The translations under genes were made by a program, and so were the position numbers. DNA of 62,851 nucleotides, filler included, from Basidiobolus meristosporus CBS 931.73 (Eukaryota > Fungi > Basidiobolomycota), in the NCBI GenBank assembly GCA_002104905.1. It is 4 parts of 4 records of this genome, joined end to end, with 100 filler letters (N's around TTAATTAATTAA, not from the genome) between each part and the next. Parts side by side here need not be neighbours in the genome. Positions count along the whole stretch, not along the records: positions 1 to 29,897 come from MCFE01000859.1; 3 more parts are not named here. One strand, written 5' to 3'. Numbering within the stretch: position 1 is the first letter of the stretch; every line of letters begins with the position of its first letter. Below are positions 1-13,000 of the stretch, one piece after another. Below the pieces are notes generated by a model, which was given only the letters and a program-made list of their open reading frames with translations, had not been told where the DNA came from and searched no databases.

Positions 1-71
1 ATGCAGTCCTCCAGTAACCAAACTGATTCAGATCTGTTGGGAAACTCCAGTGTCCAGTTGCACTGCCAGGC

Positions 72-3000
72 TTGCAACTGGACCCACCCATGAAAATCCA
101 GCATATCCAAGAGTCCTCCTTTGCCACAAAATCTATCCAGTCCTTGAGAATGCCTGTCAAAATCCAGATCCCTGACTCCAGTCCTGTCCCAGCCCTAGCC
201 CTGATTGATTCCGGTGCTTCATCCTGTTTCATTGACCAAGCCTTTGTCCAGAAGCACTCTATTCCTGTTACCTTGAAATCCTGATCAATCCAAGTAGAAT
301 TTATTGATGGAAGATCACTCTCCTCTGGTGCTGTTACTGAAGAAACATGCTTACTCCAGCTGTCCAGTACTGCTCACCAAGAAAGAATTGCCTTCAACAT
401 CATCAACTCACCACACTATCCTATTGTGCTTGGAAGCTCATGGCTGAGCTACCACAATCCAAGTATTGATTGGAAATCCAAGATCCTGTCATTCACCAGA
501 TCCCACCAAGTCAACTCCATTAAGTCTCCAGACCCTAATAACCGTGAAAAGACAGTTGCCAACTGTTCCACAGCCCAAGATACCTTGCCAGCTGAAGGAG
601 CCCCCTCAGCAAGCATACCAGCCAAGTACCAAGAGTTTGCCCATGTCTTTGACAAGAAGAAAGCAGAACTCCTCCCTGACCATTGGCCTTATGACTGCCC
701 TATTGACCTTAAAGATGGAAAAGTCCCTCCACTTGGCCCAATATATAACCTCTCCCAGCTGGAGTTGAAAGAACCCTATGATTATATTGAAGAAAACCTC
801 CAGAAGGGTTTTATTCAGCACTCCAAATCACCTGCTGGAGCCCCAATCCTCTTTGTCAAGAAGAAGGATGGCACACTCAGAATGTGTGTGGACTACCATG
901 CTTTGAATAAGATCACAGTCAAGAACCGCTACCCCCTGCCCCTGATCAACACACTGTTGGATTAGCTATCTGCTGCCCAAGTCTTCACCCATATTGACTT
1001 GAGAGGAGCTTACAATTTTGTCAGAATCAAGCGCGGTGTTGAATGGAAAACTGCCTTTCCCACAAGATATGGTCACTTTGAGTACAAAGTAATGCCATTT
1101 GGCCTTACCAATGCCCCTGCTGTGTTTCAACACATCATGAATGACATATTCCGTGAATACCTTGACCAGTTTGTGGTAATCTACCTTGATGATATTCTCA
1201 TATACTCCAAAAGCCAAGATGAACATGATGAACATGTCCAGAAAGTATTGAGAAAACTAGACTCTGCCGGTCTCTATGCCAAGCTAGAGAAGTGTGAATT
1301 TGACCAGAGAGAAGTAGAATTTCTTGGTTACCTCATCAGCCCTGAGGGAACAAGAATGGACCCAAAGAAAGTTGACTCAGTCCAATCCTGGAAAACTCCA
1401 AGCTCAGTCAAAAAAGTACAATCCTTCCTTGGATTTGCCTACTTCTATCGCAGGTTCATAGCCAACTACTCCAAGATAGTCACCTCTCTGACAATGCTTA
1501 CCCAGAAGAACACACCTTTTGCCTGGAATGAGGAGCAATCTAGCTCATTCAACCAACTCAAGAAATCTTTCCTGAAGGCCCCCCTGCTTGCCCACCCTGA
1601 CCTTGAGAAGCAATTCATAGTGGAGACTGATGCTTCTGATTTTGCCCTTGGTGCCATACTCTCCTAGTATGATGAGGACAATGTGTTGCACCCCATTGCA
1701 TTCTACTCTTGGAAGTTTTCCCCTGCAGAGATCAACTATGATATCTATGATAAGGAATTGCTTGCCATCATTGTAGCCTTTGAGCAATGGAGACACTGGA
1801 CTTGTTCCATCATTCCAGCTGATCATAGTGCCCAATAGTGCCATAGCATACCAAATGGTGCCTGATCATGCCACAGAGTGCCAGATGGTGCCATACAGTG
1901 CCAATTGGGGATCAAAATTGACATGCATATGACCCTAAAATATCAAATTAATAACAAAATGTACAGCACTTTCTGGCACTATGATCAATGGCACAATGAA
2001 ACAAGTCTACTACCTGGATGGTGCAAAACACAAAATCAAAGTTGTTTGTGACCATAAGAACCTTGAGTACTTTGCAACTTCCAGAGTACTAAGCCAGAGA
2101 CAAGCCAGATGGTCACTCTTCCTGTCCTGCTTTGACTTTACTATCACCTATAGACCTGGTGCAAAGCAAGGAAAGCCTGATGCCCTGTCCAGAAAAAAGG
2201 AATATGCCCTGGAAGAGGGAGATGATGCCTGTTGGCAAATGGAACACCCATTGCTGAGCAAGAAACATTTTGAGATTCTTGCCACCTAGTCCTCTAGTCT
2301 TGTCATCCCTTCATTCCTAGTAAGGATGTCAGAATCCCAAGCCTCTGATATGACTTCCAGCACCATCAAGAAATATCTGGAATCCCCAGTTGGGCCCCCT
2401 CCCAAGTTCCCAAACATCCAGAACCTGCATTTGGTAAACAACCTCATCTACCACAAGCAGCAGCTTTATGTCCCAGACCTTGCCACCCAGCTAGACATCA
2501 TTAAGTCTTGGCATGATTCAATGGCTGCAGGCCACTTTGGTACTGCCAAAACCTTGAATGCTATCAAAAGAGATTTCTGGTGGCCTGGAATTATAACTCT
2601 TATCAAAGAGTACATTCTGACCTGTGATATTTGCAACTGTGCAAACCAGCCAGACACCGGCCCTATGGACTTCTTCAGCCCTTGCCTATCCCAGAACACC
2701 AATGGTGATCTATATCTATGGACTTCATTACTGACCTCCCTGAGTCATGTGGCTTCAATGCTATACTTGTAGTGGTTGACTGGCTGACCAAGATGGCTCA
2801 CTTTATCCCTTGCTGTAAGAACACTGATGCAAAAGAAACTGCTGCTTTAGTCCTGAAGAATATTTTCTGCCTTGATGGTATCCCCAGTGATATTGTGTCA
2901 GATAGAGGCCCACAGTTTGTGTCCAAGTTTTGGAAACACTTCATGCAATACCTTGGTGTTCAAGTCAAGCTCTCTACTGCCTTCCATCCACAGTCTGATG

Positions 3001-3799
3001 GCCAGACTGAAAGAATCAGACAGATTCTAGAGCAATACCTCTGGTGCTATATCAATTACCAGCAAGACAATTGGGTTGATCTACTCCCTGTTGCTGAGTT
3101 TGCCTACATCAACTCAAGCCATAGTGCAACCGGTTTTACACCATTCTATGCAAACTATAGATTCCACCCTCAGTTTGATATCCAGATTCCAACAAACCCA
3201 ATGAGCCCACATGCGGCTGAACATGCCCAAGCAATCCAGGACATCCAGAATACCCTCAAGGAAGAACTATCCATAGCTCAGGAAAGCTACAAGAAATTTG
3301 CCAATCAAAACAGCATCCCAGCCCCAATCTTAATGAAGGAGATTCTGTATGGTTGCTCAGAAGAAACATCAGCACCAACCACCCTTGTGACATGTTGGAT
3401 TTCAAGAAACTTGGTCCCTTCCAGATCAAGAAGAAGCTTAGCCCTATAGTATATCAGCTACAGTTACCAGCAAGTATGAAAATCCATGATACTTTTCATG
3501 TGTCCCTCCTGGAGCCGTATGGTAGGAACACTAGGCCAAACCGGCAAGAAGCAAAGCCCCAAGCCATCCAGGTTGACCAACATCAAGAATTTGAAGTTAA
3601 ACAGATTCTAGACTCCAAGTATATCCGGTCAAAGCTGTGCTACTTGGTAGACGGGATTGGTTATGGTCCAAGTGACCAAACATGGGAACCAGCTACCCAT
3701 CTCACTAATTGTCAAGAACTAGTTACCCAGTTACACCACCAATGTCCTGCAAAACCTGCCCCAAAGGGAAACAGAGCTTCACCTGGAAGAGGAGAATAG
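72..3799 (+). pseudogene. pol: Gypsy pol polyprotein (PR-RT-RH-IN-chromodomain), disrupted
   Basis: ORF pieces 72-284, 426-965, 999-1667, 1981-2289, 2326-2772, 2718-3449, 3353-3799. Stops such as LLD*LS (963-965) and ILS*YDE (1665-1667) fall where Gln is expected. Confidence 0.93.
1798..2008. mobile_element. 211-bp MITE inserted in the Gypsy RNase H
   Basis: Termini GGACTTGTTCCAT / ATGAAACAAGTCT are imperfect inverted repeats. 3-bp TSD ACT (1795-1797, 2009-2011). Removing the insert restores AGA CAC TAC CTG (RHYL of EQWRHYL). Internal short A/TGTGCC repeats. Confidence 0.8.
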
Positions 3800-4285
3800 T
3801 GTCATGATCACATGACCGCCATGAACACCCATGCCAAGTTTCAGCTTCCTAGCTCAATTTCTAAGAGATTCCTTCTGGAACCTTCTACCACCTTCCAGAA
3901 AGATCCTGACCATTCCAAACCCTTGTTACACAATGGAACATTCCATGGAAGCTTCCTATCGTATTTTTCATAGTCCAGTGCCATATATGGAAATACCAGG
4001 TCACATGACTTAGTCACATGATCAGGTGACCCAATCCATTTTCCCATCCTGTCTCAGTGCCTTGCCTTCTATATTATTATCCCCAGCACATTGCTGTGCC
4101 TCACCCCACAACCCCATTAGTATTAGCCAATATCTCTTGGCATCAGTATAACTGGAAAGTATATATAGTCCTATCCCCCCTTAAGTATTCCTCAGTCTGA
4201 TAAACACAGGTCTTGAATAAACAGCCTTGCCTTGTTGATCCACACCTAAGTCCTTTCCTGGTCCTGCCTTGCCTAGCCCTACTCT
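3800..4285 (+). repeat. Gypsy 3' LTR (right end uncertain)
   Basis: Purine tract GGAAGAGGAGAATAG ends at 3799, followed by TGTCATGA at 3800. TATA-like TATATATAG near 4161 and AATAAA near 4217. Terminal CA not found; runs into Copia sequence. Confidence 0.75.
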
Positions 4286-4480
4286 AGAGATCCAACTTTT
4301 CATGCTAGAACTAAGCACATATATATTAGACATCACTTCATACATGAAGCTATAGAGAATAACTTAGTGAGCTTAGTTTGCTGTCCTTCAGATGAAACAA
4401 TTGCAGACATATTTACCAAACCATTAGCTAGCAACAAGTCTGAATATCTTAGGTCAAAATTTGAACTAGTCAGTCAGGAT
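4286..4480 (+). mobile_element. Ty1/Copia RNase H C-terminal fragment
   Basis: Encodes PTFHARTKHI..RHHFIHEA..ADIFTKPL; homologous to 5515-5700. Confidence 0.85.
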
Positions 4481-5115
4481 GTCTGATTTAGGAGTACTCA
4501 GTTACTACTTAGGGATAAGGTTCTCCCTAAACAGAAGTACCCAGACTATCACCCTACGCTAATCCAAGTATATTCAAGATATACTAAAGAAGTACCCAAT
4601 GGAAGACTGTAAACCAGCAGCTACCCCAATGGAAACAAACCTTGACTTAGTCAAAACTCAACTAAATCATGAGAGCTTGGTGCCATCTGAAAGCCCTGAC
4701 TTTTCTTATCAATATATGGTCAGTAGTTGGATGTATATTATGCATGGAACACATCCAGATATCTCATATTCAGTGGGGGTTGTCAGCCAACATAATAAGA
4801 ACTATGGATCTGATCATATTGCAGCAATTAAATGGATTTTTAGATACCTAAAAGGAACTGCTCATATCTGCTTAAGATACACTTATAAGAATTCAGAACA
4901 GGATCTGGTGGGATACTCTGATGCTGATTGGGGATGAAATTTGGAAGACAGAAGATCTACCACAGGATACACCTTTCTTTACTGCAAAGGAGCAATTTCA
5001 TGGAATTCAGGAAAGCAACCAACCATTGCACTTTCTATCACAGAGGCAGAGTACATGACAGCCTGTGAAGCTACAAAAGAGGCAATGTGGCTAAGAAAGC
5101 TTTTTACAGATTTAG

Positions 5116-5446
5116 TGCTGTAAGAGTCTTGGAGATATTGGAAGTGATTGGAGAACAAGTAGATTATGTGGTTTTCACTTAATGATTTATTGAATGTAAA
5201 AGTAGTATTTATACTTTTACCTGGTCTTGTCATTACAAACATGTAGAATAGGTTAAGGAAGGTCCCAAGAACATGTGTGCAAAGTTTGGGGCTGTTTGGA
5301 CAACTTATCTAATTTTCATGTTCTGGGTAAATATTCTAAGTAAATCTCTACAAGGAATTTGGTCAGTACTCTCTAGGATTTGAAGGTGATGATCTAAGTG
5401 ACTAAGTTAGGTGAATATTTAGGTGGAAATACAAGTTTTTACAACA
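5116..5446 (-). repeat. Solo LTR (Copia family A), antisense, nested in RNase H
   Basis: TG...ACAACA termini; 5-bp TSD TTTAG (5111-5115, 5447-5451); reverse complement of 5725-6074. Confidence 0.92.
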
Positions 5447-5724
5447 TTTAGGCCTATGTCAAAAAACGCCTATTACTTCATTTCAAGATAATCAAGCATA
5501 TATATTATTAAATAGAAATCCAACTTTTCATGCTAGAACTAAGCACATAGATATCAGACATCATTTCATAAATGAAGCTATAGAGAAAAACCTAGTTAGC
5601 TTAGCTTACTCTCCTACAGATGATATGATTGCAGACATATTTACCAACTATTAGCCAGAGACAAGTTTGAATATCTTAAGTCAAAATTAGAACTAGTCAG
5701 TATGAATATCTAGCTGAGTGGGAG

Positions 5725-6074
5725 TGTTCTAAAAATTTGAAATTCCACCTAAATATGCACCTAATGTAGTCACTTAGATCATTACCTTCATATCCTAGAG
5801 AATACTGACCAAATTCCTTGTTGGGATTTACTTAGAATGTTTTCACCAGAATACCAGGTACCCAGAACATGAAAATTCTCAAAGTTGTTCAAACAGCCCC
5901 AGACTTTGCACACATGCTCTTGGGATCTTCCTTAATCTATTCTGCATGTGCTCTATGCCAAGACCATGTAAAAGCATAAATACTACTTTTACATTCAATT
6001 AATTATTAAGCGAAAACCACATAATCTACTTGTTCTCCCAGATCACTTCCAATATCTTGAAGACTCTTACAACA
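5725..6074 (+). repeat. Copia family A 3' LTR (350 bp)
   Basis: TGTTCTAAAAATTTG...CTTACAACA, preceded by PPT. Confidence 0.92.
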
Positions 6075-6162
6075 GTTAGATCCATCCAACTTATCAGCAA
6101 TGGGAAGATTTTGGTAATAGCAGTAATGGACATCTTAGAGAGGTACAGCTTGGGGTGCCTAG

Positions 6163-6512
6163 CAAGGTATAAGAGTTTTGAAGATATTGGAAGTGACCAG
6201 CAGAGCCAGTATAGTGCAAGGTTTTCACTTAATGATTTATTGAATGTAGAAGTAGCATTTTTATTTTTACATGGTCTTGGCAAAGCAAAAATCTGAAATA
6301 CATTCATGAAAGACCCAAGAGCATGTATTCAAAGTTTGGGGCTCTTTGGACAACTTTGAGAAACTTGATGTTCTGGGTACCATGTTTTTGATGAGAATAT
6401 TTGAAGTAAATCCTGATGGGGGATTTGGTCAGAATTCACTAAGATTTATAGGCAATGATCTAAGTGATCAAGTTAGGTGAATATTTAGGTGTCATTACAA
6501 ATTTTTGCAACA
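6163..6512 (-). repeat. Diverged solo LTR (Copia family A)
   Basis: Aligns along its length with 5116-5446; ends TTTTTGCAACA; left end and TSD unclear. Confidence 0.8.
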
Positions 6513-6899
6513 AAAGCTATGTGCATGTTTAGGTGTAATCACCAAATTCACAGCAGCATCTACTTGACTTAGCAGCTCCTCATTAACTAGTGCCAGCTCC
6601 AGTCTCATAATAGTACACTTCAGATCAAATGTTTGTCATCATGCAGCCATTGATTGGTCAATCTTCTGTTGACATTCAAAAAGCATTTCTGGACTTGATA
6701 ACTGGGTTGTAATTTTGGTTCTTGACTCCTAGGCCATAACACATCCTTAACACCTTTGGGGTAGTCTATGGAGGATGTTTATTGGAGTTTCTATATCAGT
6801 AGTGCGCACCCTTAGATATTTGACTATTCATAGTCAGATCTTTTTGGTGATTGTTTAGGGTAGATGTTTCGTTGAAGATCACATTTTATTTCCCTTGGA

Positions 6900-8130
6900 T
6901 GATATTGGCACTCAAGGATCAAGGACACTTCTCAGAGATGACTCTGAATGGGCTTACCGATGGACCAATTGAGCCTCAGAAGCAAGCAGCAACGTGGGTC
7001 GGAATGATGGGAGACTGGGCTTGGATCATTCCTGAAGGGTTCCAAGCCCCTTGCAACAATCGAGTGGAATGAATATGATTTGGTGGCAACTCGTCAGGCA
7101 TAACCCCGAACTATCGGCCACCTATCTCCTCCCCTGCCCCACCACCCAACTGGACAGAGCTCCGTCGACCCATCATCGGTTATGGTTCAGGTGCCAGCAA
7201 CGACCGCGTCTAAAGCGGATGGCCTTTTTCCAGAGGATTGGGAAGATAATCAACCGGTTCATACAGAAGAATTCTCGAGGCCAGGTACCAAATCGAACAA
7301 GGGAACCCCATCTCGTGAAGAACCAATCGGGGAATCAAGCCCTCGGATCATGTGAGCCAACAGGAGCGAAGCAGCCTTCTCGCGACAGCGGCGGCATATG
7401 TGGCGTTCCCTCAGCCCCCGCATCTTGTGAGAATTGCCGGTGGTGTAAACATGGCAGGCCCGAAGGACGATACGGGAGAACCTCACCCCAACCCTTGCCA
7501 CTGGTCGTTGGAGAAAGCCCGTTTGCACCCAAGTCATGTTCTGCTCGGTGGGGACTTCACAACCCACCTCCAAATCGGGTCCAAGCCACGAAGGGCGTGG
7601 GTAACTAAATTCTGGGCCACCTTTGACCAATTCGGGTTGGTCAAACGTGTACGTATGTTTAGACTACGAGACTGGGACGGGTGCCACCGTCGGCAGGATA
7701 TGATTGGCCAAGAAGGAAAGATCTTCCTGAGAATCGTTCCCGTGAATCAGGAAACAGGTGTCTGATTCACCAAACTGACAACACCCGTCTCATTCCATTC
7801 CATATACGGATCACGTGAAGTGTCCATGAGGGGAGGAGGGGGGCTCAGTGCTCACCCAGCCAGTTCCACTGATGATTATTAATCGATTCTCAATCGAACC
7901 TTATCTGAAGAGAGACGTCTCTCGCCGGCCATCTGGTGAATAGGAGCCCTAGATCTCACAAGGGAGCTCTGAATCTTGATGGAATCCTAGTTGGGATGCC
8001 CAACTGGGGGGCCAAGGAAGGTTAACTTGGAATAGAATTCCCAGCTTGGTCGAGACAGACCGACGAAGGTTGCGATAGTGGCCTAGGGTTGGGTGGCCGG
8101 ATATAAGTATTGGTAGAGGTTCTACGGCCA
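6900..8130 (-). mobile_element. Degenerate L1/Tx1-like non-LTR retrotransposon C-terminal relic
   Basis: Broken frames give PNWSKV..PIWRW, a C-x-x-C..H-like remnant (RCG/AEGTPHM) and SIWYLASR, resembling the zf-RVT region. Many stops and frameshifts. Confidence 0.35.
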
Positions 8131-8318
8131 CCAGGAGAGAAGACGCTTAACTGGAGCCAAGTATTGGGGAGCGGTTGGCGGTGGCAAGAGTCATTGAAAT
8201 AAATGCAACCATGTGGTGATAAGTAACTGGTGATTTATTCATTTATATCTCGATTTATACATATTTATCTGGCCGGATGGGTTCTGACCAATAAGAGGGA
8301 GGTTGAGCCCAAGGTTGC

Positions 8319-8550
8319 TTAATAGCTGATGAACACGCTATCAGTCTTCTCCCAAGTCAGCATCTCATCACCCTTGGTCCAACGGAAGGCATACCAGCCG
8401 GACAGGGCGGTGGTGGCACCAATCAGCGAGTATTTGGGGAGCTATTCAATTGAAGACGCATGAGCTCGTGGACATGGTCAGTATTCGCTAGAACAAATCA
8501 CGACTTACTTGTTGACGAGAGATGGAGGTTAGGCGGGTTAGGAGGCTCAT
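8319..8550 (-). CDS. 54-aa single-TM microprotein, two exons (8550-8509, 8441-8319), possibly mitochondrial
   Basis: MSLLTRLTSISRQQ/LPKYSLIGATTALSGWYAFRWTKGDEMLTWEKTDSVFISY*. 67-nt intron GTAAGT..CTGAC..TAG, phase 0. TATAAAA about 80 nt upstream. Confidence 0.8.
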
Positions 8551-8628
8551 GGTCTACTTGGAGGGTTTTTTGGGTCGGCGGTAGGTGTTGACGGTTAACT
8601 TGAGGGGCCCATCCTGAGACTGGATCCA

Positions 8629-8635
8629 TTTTATA
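8629..8635 (-). promoter_or_regulatory. TATA box of the microprotein gene
   Basis: TATAAAA on the minus strand, about 80 nt before the ATG at 8550. Confidence 0.55.
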
Positions 8636-8719
8636 GCACGTCGACCGTGGGTTCCGATCTCAGCTGACCTGACAGAGACTAGCCCAGAATATGGATCTCG
8701 AAGATTCCAGGTCTAGTGC

Positions 8720-9640
8720 GGACTCTACACCAAGTTTAATTCCTCAGTTACTGGTTTTGGTGGATCGGCTGTGCTTTGTGACGTCACCCCAAATATGTAG
8801 TAGGCAGTAGGGCCGCCTCGTAGGGGATTTGCCGTTGGAAACGGATGGTACTTTTCAGGACAGATTGAAGATGCACGAACTCCGTGCGTAAGGATGGGCC
8901 CGGTAGATACAACGGTGCTCCACACCGAGGTCAGTATCCGACATTCATTTTCTTCTCCAAACGCCACCGGAAAATTCATTTGCCTGTCTCCGTTGAGCCA
9001 AGACGGCTACCCTAGTTGTTGGAGTTAAGGTTGGCGATGTGGAGTAATCTGGGCTTTACGGAGACTGGGACGAATCCGAAATTCGCCAGATGAATGCATC
9101 CTTCGGCGACCAAGGTTACTCCCCAAAGAGACACAGTCTCAGCTCCCCTATTGGCAGCTGAGATACATTAGCGGTACTGCGCATCCAACCGACTATATAA
9201 TAAAAGCCACTGATGACCGACCTTTTGCTTCCTAGTGGGTCCATTGCCTTGAGTTAGGCGGTTGTTGATGTAGCGGCTGACCTTCATCACCATCCTTGGT
9301 CCTCTCAGGAACCCCCCCCTCAGGGAGGGTACTTTTATCGCCCATGGCCCAAAAAGGGAAACGTATGTCTTCGATCTGCTTACAAGTAAGGCGATAGAGA
9401 GGTGTACACAAACCGGAATTGGGTTGTGAGTGGAAGCGTGGCTTGGATGCTGATATGATTTCGGCAATTCAGCGGGTCTCACCTCGGGACACATTAGCAT
9501 TAATACGGGATACTTGGACTGTGTGTGGGGGCGATGGATATCGCTGCAAACACGATTTACAAATAGAAAAGGTCAGGGTGGCGAGTAAGCCAAGGTCTAT
9601 TCAGCCATCGTCAACGGACCAAACCCTACCTGGTTGACTG
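8720..9640 (-). mobile_element. Degenerate L1-like RT/post-RT relic
   Basis: GRSSVAFII*SVGCAVPLMYLSC resembles the L1-clade GRxxLIxSVLxAxPxY motif; heavily broken. Confidence 0.35.
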
Positions 9641-10646
9641 TAGAGCTGTCACACTGTCAAGCCATGGTTCAGAATCCTAGGCGCTCTCTTCCACTATGTT
9701 GAACACAAATTAGACTCAGTGGAATTTGTAGTTGCCATGAAACCCCCATAGTTCTGCCCATGCAACCAGAGTATGTTCATTGGAGCAGTACAGGATGCCT
9801 ACCAACGTGAGGTATTATGCAAAGCTAGTATATTGATCTCAACTTGGCATACTCCCTAATCAGATGTATAGGAGCACCACAAAATTCATTATCAAAGAGA
9901 GGTAATATGCCCCCTAGTTAGCTGTATCCTAGTAGAATTAGGGCCCATACAGTGAAGTTATTGGGTTATGTAATGATATCAACCCTCAGCAGTGTATGCT
10001 AACTGACAAATGATGGATATTCAATAGAAGTATAAGTCAAGGGTCCACCTCAGCTGGTTACTGCCTTACAACACAAATATCCCATATGTCTGTATTGCAC
10101 CAAGTCATTCTCACAACTGGATTTATTACTTGGCCAACTTGCCCCCAAGAGTTAAGACCAGCAATATGCCAGCACAATATCAGCATAATATCAGCAGAGT
10201 TCTAAGCTTCTTTAAACTTACAACTATCAATATCTTAGGTTCAACGAATTGGCTGATAAAAAGAGATATTTTCCAGGAGAGGAATAGACTAAGTAACTTT
10301 CATGCCAAATCTGGACATAAGCTACTCACTACTTCCACTCAGATTAACAACTAAAAACCGCAAGGAAAATGCCAGCTGAATGTTGGCAGTACACCATTAG
10401 AATACAAACAGATTGTCAGTTGAATTCCTAATATAAGATTTCCATAGGGCTGCTACCAAGTATTATATCTAATTCTGCTGAACAGAACCTTGGATATGTC
10501 AGGATGGCACACAGTAAACTTACTGGGACCAATTGTGGTACCTCAATGCACTTTGTTAGATAACTGAACTGGTGAATTTTCAGTCATTTGTGCCTGCTGA
10601 GTGAATTGAAAAGGCATAGGAGCCTTAAGTGACTTCAAGTAGAGAC

Positions 10647-10995
10647 TGTTGTAATTATGAGGTTGTCACCTAAATATTCATGCTAACTTAGTCACATAGA
10701 TCTTATTTTGTGATTAGCATTCAGTCCCAACCAAATTTCCTGTTGGGAATTTCTTGGAATAATTTGACTAAATTATCAGGTACCCAGATTATGACCTTTC
10801 TCAAAGTTGTCCTAAAGACCCCCAACTTTGCACACATACTCTTGAGACCTTCTTTAGCAAACTCCAAATGTTTGTTTGCCTTGATTTATCAGAGGTATAA
10901 ATACCATACTTTTGATCAATAAATCTACAACTGAACAACATGTAAATCCTCTAGTTGTCCACATCACTTCCAATACTCCTCAGAATATTGCAACA
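10647..10995 (+). repeat. Solo LTR (Copia family A, diverged)
   Basis: TGTTGTAA...TTGCAACA, 349 bp, 5-bp TSD GAGAC (10642-10646, 10996-11000). Confidence 0.9.
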
Positions 10996-11259
10996 GAGAC
11001 AAGAGTAGTGCACAAAGTAGAAGAGAGAGTATATATAGCTTTGGTAATGTTGGGTAAAGTTTTCTAAATGCTACACTATCAAGGAAAAAGCCAAGAAAAG
11101 TGAAGGTTAATTCTTGAAAGCATGGAAAACATGGGAGGTGGTGTAGATTTTGTATTTGCATTAAATTAGCCACTTGGGTCTTGGGTTATGATTTTACTAT
11201 TTCCAGCCCAAATCCATTGTGGAGGTTTGCTTAGATGATCTAGGTATTTTATGCGCGTA

Positions 11260-13000
11260 TTGTGGCTGAGCATGGACCCAGATCCTCGTTTTTCCAAAGA
11301 TGTAGGTTTAATTCAGGTCGGATTTTTGCTGATCTTCGTGTAGTATTCCGGCGGCATCTGTCAACGATTCCTGACAGTGATAGTGTAGCTCTACGATTTG
11401 CAGGGCTTTTCAAACTGGCGCTATGGATGGGTGAGGGAAGGAACAGAGTGGCATCTCTGGAAGAAGCCTCCTCACGAATACTTGATCCGATAAAATCATC
11501 CAGGTCTAATTTATCACTAATGATACCTCAGGTGCTCGACGGGTTGTTTGCGACCGCCTCATGCCCAAATTAACTACCAACAATTTAACCAAGTGTGAGA
11601 TTATGGTCAACACTAATGATTTTCAGCATGGTTTGCTCGTAGGACTTGGATGGCGTGGAAAATATTTCTACTTCTGGTGGCACTATGTGGATCCGATAAA
11701 AATCCGATGGAATACCCATCATTTGCAACCGAGAGCACGCTTCCGAATCACCTCAAACCCCCTCCATGTTCTCATCTTCACCGGTTGCTTCTCCAACAAA
11801 TACACTTACCGACCTCTGTGGGCGTCCATATATCCGGATTGAACTGCAATACAGGGAAATCGGGCATTGGGCCAAATGAAATCAAGCCGAGCAGGAATTT
11901 CCATACATCATTGGAGTCAGCTATGATACGAGGGATACTGTCGTCATTCAACAGAAAATGCCATGACAAGCATTCTAGCCAGACCTCTGCCAGCTGATAT
12001 GGTACTATGATCCAGCATTCGGGTTGAATTGGTACGGGTGGACACGTCCCTAATTGGAATTCATACATACACATTAGGTAGCTGGTAAGGAATCGATGAA
12101 TCCCCTCGTTGATTCTCTTCAGTAAATTGGAAATACCATTAGATAGGGATTCCAACTACCGAACTCCAAGCTTGGCACACATCTTACTAGGGAATCTCAT
12201 GACATCACCACTGCTTGGGTTTCCAACGTACTGTCCAAAGCGAAAAGCACCTCACGTCACACCAATTAAGCATCAAGTGGCCGTACCACCCTCGTACCAT
12301 CATCCCAAACCCCCACCTCCAGTTGCTTCGGTGTATACAGCCTTGAAAAAATGGGGTTGCAATAGGAACATGACTGAGAATTCACCTCGCAGCTTTCGCA
12401 AAAAAACCTCCATCAAGCAAGGAACCTCATCACCGGCACCCTTACCACTGCCAACCGCTGGCAAAGAGGGGATGCAACCAACCCAGATCAGTGATGGAAC
12501 ATCCCAGTACTATCAATCAAACCCGACCCCACGGACCGCATATCCCTATCCAGATTGTTCGAAACCCATCTGGCCGTTTCTAAGTAGAAGGATGTGACCG
12601 ACCAATACTCCAAGGTTGTCTAACCGAGGCGATGTTGTCCGTCGTTAAAAGGGCCCAAAGGTCCGTCTGCTGTTGGGATCCCGCTTAGTATGTACGAGAT
12701 ACCAAGAACAAAAACAGAAGCAACAATAAGAAGTCGGAGGAATGTTCACCCCTTCGGCCAATCAGAGTCACGAAGGGTCCATCGATCGCCTGGAGAACCC
12801 TGGTGTCACGTCCGTTCCGAAAATGGGTAAATTGCTGCGCTCTATTCAGCTGAAGGTTAAAGTGGTAGAAGAATCTGCTCAAGCCTCCGACATGGTGCAT
12901 GTCAGGAATTCCACATTCCTGCTTCGATTCCCAATGTAATGGGGATCCCGTCACTGGGTAGGCTCCTCAGGAAGTGAAGTAACATACTACCAACGACCAG
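11260..13000 (+). mobile_element. Possible ancient non-LTR retrotransposon relic
   Basis: Fragments NLTKCEIM, GKYF and KPIWPFL resemble late RT and C-terminal LINE motifs; no intact frame. Confidence 0.25.

Larger units (their letters stand above)
1..4285 (+). mobile_element. Ty3/Gypsy (chromovirus-type) LTR retrotransposon, 5'-truncated by window, degenerate
   Basis: Domain order PR (ALIDSGASSCFID, 72-284), RT (YLDDILIY, 426-1667), RNase H (DASDFALG; DHKNLEYF), integrase (SDRGPQF, 2326-3449), chromodomain (FEVKQILDS..WEPATHL, to 3799). Several in-frame stops and frameshifts. Confidence 0.97.
4560..6074 (+). mobile_element. Ty1/Copia element 3' part (RT end, RNase H, PPT, 3' LTR family A)
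   Basis: GYSDADWG, RRSTTGY, ALSITEAEY; PPT GAGTGGGAG directly before LTR at 5725; interrupted by solo LTR 5116-5446. Confidence 0.93.

Noticed and set aside
9640-10646. CpG-poor segment, likely a TE relic
   Set aside because: No motif I could identify in any frame; left unannotated.
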